64,000 nucleotides of DNA from Octopus sinensis (taxonomy: Eukaryota): NCBI RefSeq assembly GCF_006345805.1, contig NC_043015.1, positions 11,346,001 through 11,410,000 of the forward strand, given 5' to 3'. Below are positions 52,600 through 64,000 of this stretch, in pieces. Both the position numbers and the translations under genes were made by a program. Position 1 is the stretch's first letter. Each line of letters starts with the position of its first letter. The notes below the pieces were generated by a model. It was not told where the DNA came from and did not search any database. It was given only the letters and a program-made list of their open reading frames with translations.

Positions 52600-52940
52600 A
52601 TATTATATATATATATTTCGTTTTAGGATTTGAAATAAGAAAAACGTGGTAATTTTACAGGTGAGTGTGTTACATAATAAAGCACAAAAATAAAATGACT
52701 CTCCCCAGACAAGCCTGGATCTAGGAATCCGTGTTAGGGTTCCGTTGTAGCATGTATATATATTAGAGAAAAAAATCAAAACCAAAGCACATTGAATACC
52801 TCAAGTAATTTAAAATAATTTAATTAGGGTACGGTGAATTTGAAGTCTTACCGATGTCTCTGGGATAATCCAAATTGTTGGTTAGCATGTCTGTGCAGTG
52901 GGTATTCCGTCATTAGAGACAAGGTATGAATATTTTAGAC
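52600..52940 (-). mobile_element. (TA)n-flanked short element with hammerhead-like family B fold
   Basis: Minus: GTCT CTAATGA C GGAATA..TATCCC A GAGAC ATCG GT A AGAC (52920 to 52844). Confidence 0.5.
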
Positions 52941-53469
52941 AGGGATAATTATTTACAGTTTACAATGAATAAACTTCACAGTTTATAAGGAATAAAATAG
53001 AAGAATAAAGAGTAAATGTAGTTAGAAGGTTATAGGCAGCAGAATAATGTTCACAACTCATCTTTTGCCCGAGGATATAGATGTTGGTTGGTACTTCCAT
53101 GAAGATACAGGCTTTTAGTTAAAACCCCTGGTAGATCCAGACACTATTTTTGGAAGTGTATTCATATTCTAAATGTGTATATAGAGCGAGAAAGTCTGAT
53201 GGAAATAAACGTGATTTCTGAGTGGGTGTATAACAGAGACAGAGAGAGAGAGAGAAACAGAGAAAGAGAGGTAGAGGAAAGGATTAAAAAATAAGATAGT
53301 GGTAAAAAGGATAGTTGAATATTAGGTTTAATTCTTAATCCTTTATCTCTTGTCATTTAATGGCTATAAAGCTTGAAATACAATTTTAGATATCTGCACT
53401 AAAATTCCTTGTAAAATTCCACTCCAACTCTACTGAAACTAACGTTTGACTTCTAACCCTGTACAATAC

Positions 53470-53684
53470 TCTTTTCTACTCTAGACACAAGGCCCGAAAT
53501 TTTGGGGGAGGGGGTCAGTCGATTAGATCGACCCTAGTACACAATTGGTACTTAATTTATCGACCCCGAAAGAATGAAAGGCGAAGTCGACCTCGGCGGA
53601 ATTTGAACTCAGAACATAAAGACAGACGAAATACCGCTAAGCATTTCGCCGGCGTGCTAACGATTCTGCCAGCTCGTCGCCTTT
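53470..53684 (-). mobile_element. SINE family 1 (young, single unit)
   Basis: Near-consensus head, B box tttgaactcagaac, 3' end aaggcccgaaattttggggg. Confidence 0.92.
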
Positions 53685-54104
53685 AACCCTATACAATACT
53701 GACATATCAATATCGTTACCTTTACTTTTATTTATTCATTTTTATCTTATTGATCTTTACCCAGTTACCACTATATTATTTTATTTTTATTCCCTTTCTC
53801 CTCTCTCCCATACACATTCACTCACAAAACCCATTTAGGATATATCTGTTATTACTTTTTATTTTATTTTATTATTCTTCATGCTTTCGTTATTTTTGTT
53901 TTTATTTTATTCTTATCTTTCCTTTTTGCCACTAGCTTATTTTCTAATCCTCTTTCTCTCTCTCCTTCTCTCTCTTTCCCCTCTCTCTCTCTCACCTTAC
54001 ACTAATTAAATTATTCTAAATAACTTGAGATACACGTTATGCTTTGGTTTCGATTGGTCTTCTAATATAATACGCACACACACACATACATATATATAGC
54101 CATT

Positions 54105-54304
54105 CAAAATGTGACCGCGTGTGTACTGTTGGCGATTTTTTTTCCTCCGTCTTCCCTTCTTTGGATCTTTCCTTTTCCTATGTTTCTACGAAGAGCTCCG
54201 ATCGAAACGTTAAGCCCTCCTTCTTTCCTTTCTTCCTGAGCGTTCAATAATATTATATTTGTTCCACGTCCTCGCGTTGTTGTGTTTTCCGTTTGTGTTA
54301 ACTT

Positions 54305-54305
<1 letters not shown>
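54105..54305 (+). mobile_element. (TA)n-flanked short element with hammerhead-like family A motif
   Basis: TTT CT-ACGA A GAGC tcc GATC GAAAC GT T AAG (54183-54214), then ttcctgagcg.., ends in (TA)n. Confidence 0.6.
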
Positions 54306-54362
<57 letters not shown>

Positions 54363-54559
54363 TATATATATATATATATTATCGACGGATGCAGTATTAA
54401 TACTGAATGGTAGCATGATTAGAACGCCAAATACGAATATTGTAGAAGGACGGCGAGTATGAGTGACACACCGACAGACAGATTCCTGGTAACATGTAAC
54501 GCGATACAACCTGTTTAATTGTCAGGTTCATGCAACAAACCAGGCTCCCTGCCAGTTTT

Positions 54560-54680
54560 ATTCGGTAAGAAACGATGTCATTTGTTGCACCTTGAATATT
54601 GGGAAAAGGCCTGATTATAAATGGAGTGTCTCAGGCAAGTCATTTACCCACAAAGGGCATCCGAACATGTATACATATGC
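54560..54680 (+). pseudogene. Decayed C2H2 zinc-finger remnant
   Basis: IGKRPDYKWSVSGKSFTHKGHPNMY resembles the TGERP-YKCxxCGKSFxxKxHLxxH linker/finger with the Cys residues lost. Confidence 0.4.
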
Positions 54681-54870
54681 ATTCTTCTATTCTCTTACTT
54701 GTTTCAGTTATTTGACGGCAGCCATGCTGCAGTACCGCCACAAAACGTTTTTGTCGCAAATTGACCCCAGGTCTTATTCTTTGTAAGCCTAGTACTTATT
54801 CTATCGGACGTAAACACACCAGCATCGGTTGTGAAGTAATGGCTGGTGGACAAACCTAGACACATAAATA
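54680..54870 (-). mobile_element. SINE family 2, 3' part
   Basis: ttacttgtttcagttatttgacggcagccatgctg..tcttattctttgtaagcctagtacttattctatcgg..gtaaacacaccagcatcggttg. Confidence 0.85.
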
Positions 54871-54909
54871 CAAATGTTTACATATATATAATATATATAT
54901 ATATATATA

Positions 54910-54950
<41 letters not shown>

Positions 54951-55559
54951 TATATATATATATGATATATATGTTGTGTGTGTGTGCTTATACATGTATC
55001 TCACAGAAAGATGTACACCCTAAATAAAAGTTCAACTACCCTTGCTTTCAATGATTGCATTAATCCATCTACGCATAGAGTCGGCTAAATGTACGCATAT
55101 AACCGATTAAATCTACCACCACCCATCCTGAATGATGTCTTTCAGCTGTTTTACATTGCGGTATCCCCGCCCCTAACCTTCCTATTCGTATTCATTGATT
55201 GTGTTACAACTGGTCTTCATTGAGGAAGAAAATTTAGGAAATTTCGGTGGCCAGAATATCAGCGCATATAAAACGTCACAAACTAGAATGGTGTTTTATT
55301 TTTCTCTGTACCTTTTCGCCGCCACTTAATGGACTTTTTTTCTTATTTCTTCTTTCTCTCCTTTCATCCTTTTATTCTTCTACGCACTTCATCCCCTTTT
55401 ATTGATAAATAACTCCTTATTTTTGCATACCTAATCAAAAATATCCTTCCATATATATGTCTTTTAAGCTACAAAAATATACCATCAAACTATATCTACA
55501 TTACATCCACTAAATTGCACCCACAACCTTAAAATATCGAAATTCTTCAAAGGTAAGAT

Positions 55560-55860
55560 ATTAGTTAGTTCTCTCCATGCCATAAATCCACAATACGACC
55601 TCTCCTACCAGCTGTTCTCTGCCATTGTTCTGATTTAATTCCAGCTTCCCTACTCTTTCTGTCTCCTTTTCTTATCCATTGTCCTTCATCATGTGGCATT
55701 AGGATGTCCTGGTTCTCTTTTCTCCCCACGCTACCACATCTGTGTCACCATAAAATCGCTATCTCGTTCTTGTCTGAGGATGTATCCAGTCCAATTCCAG
55801 TGTTTGCGTCTTATTTCATCTTTCGTCTTGCTGATGACAGTTGTTGACTCTTTGCAACTA
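55560..55860 (-). mobile_element. RTE-X-like LINE 3' end (decayed)
   Basis: DEIRRKHWNWTGYILRQE..W*RGEKREPGHPNAT**RTM..GSWN.IRTMA; typical W-WIGH-LR..GRP-TW pattern. Confidence 0.75.
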
Positions 55861-56401
55861 CTTGATGTCGAGTGTTTTCCTCGACCATGTGAATTGTAAG
55901 CTGTCCACTGTTTCTTCACAATCATCGGAGCGCCAAGTGCCACTCACGAACGCACGTTCTTGAATGGTTGTGAACTGGGAATAATTTTGAGTTGGAATCG
56001 GAAAAATATATGAACACACATTACGCACGTGTACACTGAATTCTTAAACGAAAGATGAGAATAAAATCGCAATGCGCATGTCAAAATAAAACGGAACAGA
56101 AGCCTAAAAATGCAACGTCAAAAAGATTATATGATGGTCTGCAAGCCACGTCTGACACTATAATCGTGCAGCTTCGCTGCTGTTTTCTTGTTTCTTCAAT
56201 TTTTGTCAGTTTTTCACTTTTCACATTGGTTGGTAATACTGGTCGGAAGATAATATTGTAGCCCCAAAAATAATAATGAGCGCGAAAATTCGAGGTTACT
56301 ATCAGACATTTCAATATGAGAGTATATGTGATAGAGTACCTAAAAAAGTTATGCAAACTTTCATTCGATGTTGTGTCTGATATCATATGTATAACTATGC
56401 A

Positions 56402-56612
56402 GAAGGTGGAGAGGTGGTAGAATCGTTAGCACACTGCACAAAATGGTTAGATGCATTTTGTTCTTCTTTACATAGAAAGTTGGAATTCTACCAAACTCGA
56501 ATTTGCGCTTCATTCATTTGTGTTCGACAACGTAAGTACCTATCTCATACTACGGTCGATTTCATTAACTTATTTTTCCTTTCAAAACTAAGGAACCTTG
56601 TACCACAATTTA
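56402..56612 (+). mobile_element. SINE family 1 (old)
   Basis: aaggtggagaggtggtagaatcgttagcac..taagtacc..ccttgtaccacaattt. Confidence 0.6.
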
Positions 56613-57124
56613 TATTAATTGTATGTATAAATATGCATAAAGACAAAAGATATTCTGTATATATAAAAATGGCAGCGAATAGATGAATTTATACATACAT
56701 TCCAATTGTATTTTACTCATACACTCATACATATGCATACACATATAAGGAAAATAAAATATATAGACACACGTGTGGATTTGAATATTATATGCATACA
56801 TACATATATGTGTGTGTGTGTGTGTGTGTTAGTGTGTGTGTGTGTGTGTGTGTGTAAACGTGTGTGTATATAATTTCGTAGTACCTATTTGCATTTCAAT
56901 AGAAGAGTTGCAAAGTGACTCAATCTCCAATTTTTCATGTAATTCCCTCATGACATGTGTAAAGAGAATATGAGTCATAATTAGTCAGCAGAGAGTACGG
57001 TATTAGAGTTCAACGTTTCAGTAATTAGGTTCACAATATTAAAATTAATCAACACAAATGCAATGAGATGCGAGGGAAAGAAAAATATGCTGCAGTAAAC
57101 AACACCTATTACATATATATATAT

Positions 57125-57170
<46 letters not shown>

Positions 57171-57260
57171 TATTATATATATAATATATATATAGATAGA
57201 TAGATAAATATGTATGTATATATATATGTATGTATATATATATGTGTGTATATATGTATA

Positions 57261-57308
<48 letters not shown>

Positions 57309-57859
57309 ATATATATATACATACCTACACACGTTTCTACAATTCTCGCTCACTTTCTCTCGAGTATCACATTATACTTGTGTTGATATATATATTAACA
57401 CACACGCAAATACACGCATATATACACACACGCACGCACACACACACACAAGCGCACATGCACGCACACAGATATATATATATATATAAATATATAGACT
57501 ATACATATTTAAACATATATAACAAAATATTCTAATACACATGTTAATAATAAATATATGCATATGCATATATTCATAAATTAAATGTGATTAATTTTTC
57601 ATTGCACACTGAAATTACAATTGCTCGTTGCCATGGAAATATACTTGTGAACTTTCTACGTTATGAAAAATAACTTAAAATATATACGAATACATAGTAA
57701 TATTTCCTACTAGTTGCAATATTCTTTCAACCAGTACTACCACAACGACTAATACTAATAACACTAGCATTACAGCTGCTGCTACTGCTGCTGTTGCTAA
57801 GGCCGCTGCTACTACCGTCACAGTTAATAATAATATTTTATAATATAGGCACAATGTCT

Positions 57860-57985
57860 GAAACATTGGTAGAGGTGATAGTCGATAAAATCGATTACAG
57901 TGCACGAGCGGCACCTATTTTATCGATCCCGAAATATTGAAAGGCAAAGGCGACCTCACTGAAATTTCATCTCAGAGTATAAAAG
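57860..57985 (-). mobile_element. SINE family 1 fragment
   Basis: atcgattaca..tttatcgatcccgaaa..gaaaggcaaaggcgacctc..tttcatctcagag. Confidence 0.65.
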
Positions 57986-58039
57986 TTTTTGAATGATAAT
58001 TATAATAATATGTGAAGAATCCGGCGTCATTAAAACTGA

Positions 58040-58395
58040 TAATTGTGTAAAGAAACAAAAAGCTGAAGAAGTAAAGAATAAAAGAAAAGAAATAACATGG
58101 AAGGAGAAAAATGTCTGCCATATTACAAGAGATTTGAACGCCAAGATAAATACAGATGGCCAGTGGCTATAGAGGAGGAGGTGTGACCTGAAAACAAAAA
58201 CAGAAGCACTTATATTCGGAACTGAAGAACTAGAAAGAAGGTTGTGGTCAATGAGGAGAGTAATTGGCGCCCTTGGACGTATCAGTACTCAACTTCCCAC
58301 ATAGTGCAGAAACGATTGGTTACAATGTAAAGGTAGAACTACTACAAAAATCAGTATTTCTTGGAACTTAAAAGATTTTTTGCAGGTTATTTAAA
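58040..58395 (+). mobile_element. R4/Dong-type LINE fragment with internal deletion
   Basis: WL..DLKTKTEALIF followed directly by VIGALGRIS..VELLQKSVFLGT. Confidence 0.6.
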
Positions 58396-59099
58396 GCATG
58401 TTCTGTAAACAAGTGTCACCATGAGAACGAGACGTCTTTGCAGAAGTAGAAGAAGAGGAAGCAGAAGGAGAAGGGTGAGGAGGATGTGGAAGTAGAGGAG
58501 GAAGAGGAGGGGTGCTGATGGTGAGGAAAATTATGGCAATGTGGAAATTTTCTCATTGGCGAGAAATATGAAAGGTAATCCAAATATAGTCAGCAAAAGG
58601 AATTTTAACGTTTATTCATTTTTACTGAATGAATCATGGTATGCGCTGAGATATCTGGTTAAAAGAAAAGTTAATAGTTCCATATTCTATGGAGAGTAAC
58701 ATAAAAAAATTAATATAGAAGCATATATTATAATTTTACGTGTCTGAATAAGTTTGTATTAGTTGTCAGAACGATGTCAGAATTTGCATCACGTCCATGG
58801 CTTAAATATAAATGATTGTTATAACCTGAAAGAAATACTTGTGCAAAGCCTTAACATGGTGGTCGACTGGGTGTCAACGACCAACTGAATGGAGATCAAC
58901 ATTGAAAGACCCAACACATTTTGAATTCTTTTCAGTGGCACAATCTAAATCCAATATCCTACACATCTTAACCTATAAATATACATACTTACGCATACAC
59001 AAACAGATAAGCTTATATATAAAAGCATGTATATATAGATATACGTGCGGTATGTGTTTATATATGCGCATATGTATGTATATATATATATATATATAT

Positions 59100-59580
59100 A
59101 TACAAAATGGGACAAGAACGCAAAACATTCGGACAACTAGGTGATACAGAAAGGGACAACAAAACATCGAGATAGACGATACAAAAAACAAGGACGAGTC
59201 ATTCGAAGCTTTTTATCCTCATATATATATATATACTCATAAACACACGCACATAGTGGTAAAACAAAATTAAAAACAATTGAAAAACAATAATTGAAAA
59301 ACAAGACAAACAATAAAGTGTAAATTGTCGTAGAAAGTGGATACATTATATTAAAAGCCCGAGAAACTTTAAAGTGGAAGAAAGAAGAGGTGTGAGGTTT
59401 CGATAATGGCTCGTCAGCAAAAGGAAAAATGAAAAAAATCCAAAAAGAAGAAGAGTCCGAAAAAAAAGCACGTGTTTCGTTACGTGGCTGAAACATAACA
59501 GACCACAAGAGGAGAGAGACAGATAGGGTGGTTTGTAAACGTAGGAGTGTGTGAAAAGGGCCAAAATGTGCATGTGCGTC
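59100..59580 (-). mobile_element. (TA)n-embedded Penelope-like short element(s)
   Basis: Contains the intact core CTGACGA-GCCATTATC-GAAAC (59417 to 59397); flanked and interrupted by (TA)n. Confidence 0.5.
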
Positions 59581-59584
59581 AGTT

Positions 59585-59817
59585 CCAACTGGGCTCCACC
59601 TGGAAGTACATGCGATAGTTATCTTGATATGAGATCACCATGACACGTACATATAGTTGTGATGCATGTGCCTGGAGTAATCGCATCAAACGTGTAGTCA
59701 TGATAGGTATACTGGGTTTCGTATATTTTACCCTACAATCACTTTTATGGCATGCAATGGTATCTCACTCAATAATAATAATGATAATAATAATAATAAT
59801 AATATAATAATAATAAT

Positions 59818-59850
<33 letters not shown>

Positions 59851-60270
59851 AATAATAATAAACGTCCTGATGGCTTCTGATCTTAACTGATTAAAAGTGT
59901 TATCATATACATTGTTTTGTTTTTGTAATAAAAGATGTGCTACAGCAAATATTCTTCTCAATACCTCTCATTTGCTTGTCAGTTGTTTGACCGTAACCAG
60001 TCGAGTATGTACCTTAGTGGCTAGTGATACGTGCATCTTTGATCACATGCAGAAGTAGTGGGGGAGCATCATCGCCATTTGTTGAGAGGGATTCTTTGGG
60101 GTTTGGATATTTCACCTTTGGGAACATGGCTGTTTCATTCAACTTCCTTAAACAGCCCTTATTCAGGGACCTTTTGAGCGCGATAGGCTACTCGATCTGA
60201 AGAAAATTCTGACTGGGCCCCACCTGCAAGGTCATGCGCTGTTTATCTTGATATGAGATCACCATGTCGC
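59585..60270 (+). mobile_element. Interspersed repeat, two partial copies head-to-tail around (AAT/AAC)n
   Basis: ~55-bp direct repeat actgggc.ccacctg..ttatcttgatatgagatcaccatg at ~59587 and ~60211; microsatellite at 59771-59860. Confidence 0.6.
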
Positions 60271-60339
60271 AACGAAGGGATTGAAACAGTGAACCACTTA
60301 ATCTCTGGGTGTACGGTTTTAGCACATGTAGTGTATAAA

Positions 60340-60836
60340 TCAAGATATGACAGAGTTGGGTAATTTAAAATGCTGACACATTGGATAATATGTCAGCGTT
60401 CTAAAACAAAATCTGCTGACAAATGATGCAAGCACCACCCTGAGGCTGTAACTAAGGAGAATATGTAACGATTCGTTGGGACTTTTCACTATGAACAGAG
60501 CCAACTATCAAAGCGAATAAACCAGATATTGTTATGAAAGACCAAAACAATAAAATATGTTTATTGATTGACTTGAACATACCCTGTGACCATAATATCT
60601 CGGCAAAAGAGTTCGAAAAGCTGAGAAAATATGAAGATTTGCTAATCGAAATCAAAACGATATGGCATTTCAAGACGGTTACAAATGCCATTGATTGTAG
60701 GAGCACTTGGAATGTTCAAAAAAAGGCACTGAAAATTATTTACGAATCATCTCTGGCCTATCATCCATGCAGGAAGTACAAAAGGCCATTGTAACTGATA
60801 CGTCACACGTACTGAGAAGAATATTATTGCTGTGAA
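60340..60836 (+). mobile_element. R4/Dong-type LINE 3' fragment (REL)
   Basis: IKANKPDIVMKDQNNKICLLIDLNIPCDHNISAKEFEKLRKYEDLLIEI..IVGALG..EVQKAIVTDTSHVLRRILL*. Confidence 0.88.
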
Positions 60837-61064
60837 TTTTCTTTCCCTTTTCCCCTTTATTTTCTTTATTTTTTCCTTTACGCACTCTCTTGTTCTTCGA
60901 ACAATTCGGTGTGTTTATTTTAATAGCCTACCGATGTATACACTACGTTGCTCTGCCCTAGGCATCGGGAAGATACACGGCAAGAAATGGAAACAGAATT
61001 GAAAGATGATAACCAAAATGATCGTAATAACAATATGAACAATAATATATATATATATTATATA

Positions 61065-61095
<31 letters not shown>

Positions 61096-61175
61096 CGTGT
61101 GTGTATGTATATATAAGTGTGTATATATGCATGCTTACACACACACATATATATACATATATATATATGTGTATG

Positions 61176-61213
<38 letters not shown>

Positions 61214-61262
61214 CATGTACACATGCCACATGCATACAAATATGCATGAAGCTACATACAGG

Positions 61263-61306
<44 letters not shown>

Positions 61307-61926
61307 ATGTGTGTTTGTGTGTTCGTGATGCATCTGCCTGTATGTATAAGAGGAAGATTTTAACACTTATATATGCATATATACATACTGATACTTGTGT
61401 GTGATTGTGAACTGCAAAGAATGATGCGAGAGCACTACAACTTCAAAAGTGAAGTCATTCAATACGATTTCATGCAGAACATATATTTACATACTATATA
61501 TCATATAATGTGCAACTGTGCATTCGTTTGAAAATGCATTGATGTATTTAAACGCCTACATAACACAAAATCCCATAAGTATTTTCCTTATCTATGTGTC
61601 TATCTGCCTATGTATATATACACATATACAAACGCCCATACACACATAGAGACAGACACACTCACATACAAATATATAGATATATATATATACACATACA
61701 CACTTCTATTAAGGCTGCAAAAATCTTCACAAGTGTTACTCCGAGTTTCACGTTGCCGTCTATCGGACGATTGTGATCATACTAAATTAAAATCATGATG
61801 GTACATGTAATATAATATGACAATACAATTCAACGAGAAGCATTTGAATTTGATTAAATGACAAAATATAATGGTGTTGTCTTTGTTACCAGCTGTGTGT
61901 TTGGAGAGTAAAATTGATATACATAC

Positions 61927-62047
<121 letters not shown>

Positions 62048-62199
62048 ATATATATATATTTATTTATTTATATATATTTATATACATATTTATTTATATA
62101 TATATATATAAGTTATAAACAAATAACATTTTCGGTTCCCATTTTTCTATGTATAAGAGATATGTTTTTGTGATGTAGGGTCAGATTATAATAATTGTT

Positions 62200-62550
62200 T
62201 CAAGCTTTGCTACATGGCTGGAAATTTTAGGGGAAGGCGTTTGTGGGAGTCGAGTAACCTACGTATTCTATTTGTTTCATCAGCAACGAAAAGATGAAAA
62301 GAAACAAGATAAAGCGCTAAGGATTTCGTTCGATGCTCTAACTATTCTGCAGCTTCCCGGCCATAATTCTGATAGTAATAATACTTTCTACTGTAGGCAA
62401 AAGGCCTGAAATTGGAGCGGAGCAAGTCGATCATATCGACCCCCAATACTCAACTAGTACTTATTTAATCGACCGCGAAATTATGAAATTAAAATCGACC
62501 TCGGCGGAATATGAGCTCAGAACGTAAAGACGGCCAAAATGCCACTAGGC
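62200..62550 (-). mobile_element. Two SINE family 1 copies
   Basis: ~62200-62360 decayed; ~62380-62550 with aaaatcgacctcggcggaatatgagctcagaacgtaaagacgg. Confidence 0.75.
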
Positions 62551-63099
62551 ATATTATAATAATAATGTTTCTTTTTGCATTTATAGTATTACGTTTGGTT
62601 AGTATTTAATTATTAATACCTAAAGGTAATCTTTATAGCTAATGAAATATATATGCCTTTAAGAACACCGAATACTGCGTTACATACATTGAGAGGTCCT
62701 CTCATATAGACGTACAGTACATAAAACCACGCACATAGATCGTAGCCGACGTTGTTTGTCTATGATAGGCGCCGGAATTTCCATATCACGTTACTCCAGT
62801 CTACTAAAACCCATCAGTTGGAAGCATCTGGTCACTGCCTGCCGGCGAATATTCGGTGCACTAACAAAGCATCCATGTTTAGTTGGATAAAAGAATTACC
62901 ATTTAGTAATTTCTCACTTTCTTATTATAACCACACCTGACACCGTTATACAACCAGTACTTTGTAGCCTTTGATTTTTGTAGTATTCAAATTTTCACTA
63001 GCTTTTGGTAAAACGTGTGTTCTATTTTGTTATATTAATAATATGTTTTTTTTTTCATATAGATGGCATCTAAAAGAGCTTTATCTTTAGGATACTTAT

Positions 63100-64000
63100 A
63101 TTTTCATCACTTTATATAAGTTCATATTTAGCGAGTGGGAGGAAGTATACTCTTTGCCGAAGATCTGCAAAGTGACTGAAACATAATTTAAACATAACTC
63201 TAAATCCTGGGCAAGCAATAAATTATTCAACAACTTATTTAGGAATAAATCTTTCAATACCGCATTTATTCTCTACTTAAGATTCTGAATCTCTTTCCAT
63301 AAAACACACTAACCTTAATTTTGATTTTCTTTTCAACGTTGACTGCTTCCTATAACAACTTTTCATGTGAAGTCCTCTAACTGAGCCTGTTCTTTTTATT
63401 GGATAACAGTAAACAGATACAGCTCTACTTTAGTTTCTTCAAAAAGCGTAAGAAGCAACGTCATCCAAATTTGTCCACAATTTACCCAACTATTGAATGT
63501 ATTTTATACTTGTCGTCTTTCTACTTTGATCATTTACAATATTTGATAATTTGATAGTGGAAATATTATGTCTGACGATGGCAATGCTCCATATGCATTT
63601 TGATTATCTCTTAACCGAGGGCTAAAGATTTTGTGTGGATATTATAATTACCATATTTTAAAGCGATAAAAGGATTATAAATACGATTGTATTTACCCAT
63701 TTCATAGCAAATGATATCAAGTATATTCAAACCAGATCATCGGTTAAAATTTGAGAAATATTTCTCGTTCTGTAAAATCAAGTGTACTTTACCCCAACTA
63801 GAGCCCGAATTTGCATCTTCTTGGATGGTAATTGCTTTTGCACGGGATGAAGTTCTAAGTTAATCCCTTAATTTCAGCATACTTATACTTCAATTTGAAA
63901 TGACAAGTTGTGTATTACTCCACTGAAAACAATAAATATTATTTTACGAAGTTGAAGCTGCTTAAAGAAATAAATAAAATTGGACAAGTCTTCTGCAATA
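63100..64000 (+). mobile_element. Possible very old hAT-type transposase relic
   Basis: Only faint motif echoes (LLDNS, WK..DGNAP, LLLH..EV) across many stops and frameshifts; not alignable by eye. Confidence 0.2.

Overview
Repeat-dominated, AT-rich eukaryotic genomic DNA that looks like coleoid cephalopod (octopus-like) sequence. This is an inference from the very dense (TA)n/(ATT)n/(AGT)n/(GATA)n microsatellites, the tRNA-derived SINE families and the R4/Dong, RTE, mariner and Chapaev-type relics. No complete host gene is recognisable. Almost all ORFs in the six-frame track are microsatellite read-throughs. Supported content: about 30 copies of one tRNA-derived SINE family (some with ~180-bp tandem internal units), two further SINE families, six 5'-truncated R4/Dong-type (REL endonuclease) LINE fragments tied to (TAA/CAA)n tracts, two RTE-type 3' ends, a HERO/R2-like fragment, a mariner 3' half, two Chapaev3-like transposase pseudogenes and a 100-N gap. 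Less certain: a few plus-strand candidate exons of an unidentified Cys-rich protein, a CpG-island-like promoter at ~23.2 kb and a TGACGTGG x3 / 28-bp x3 cassette at ~36.1 kb. The most interesting signals are short, mostly (TA)n-associated elements carrying decayed minimal hammerhead-ribozyme-like folds (two families, Penelope pLTR/retrozyme-like) and two fold-back inverted duplications linked to one shared repeat. All alignments and counts were done by eye; no database searches were run.
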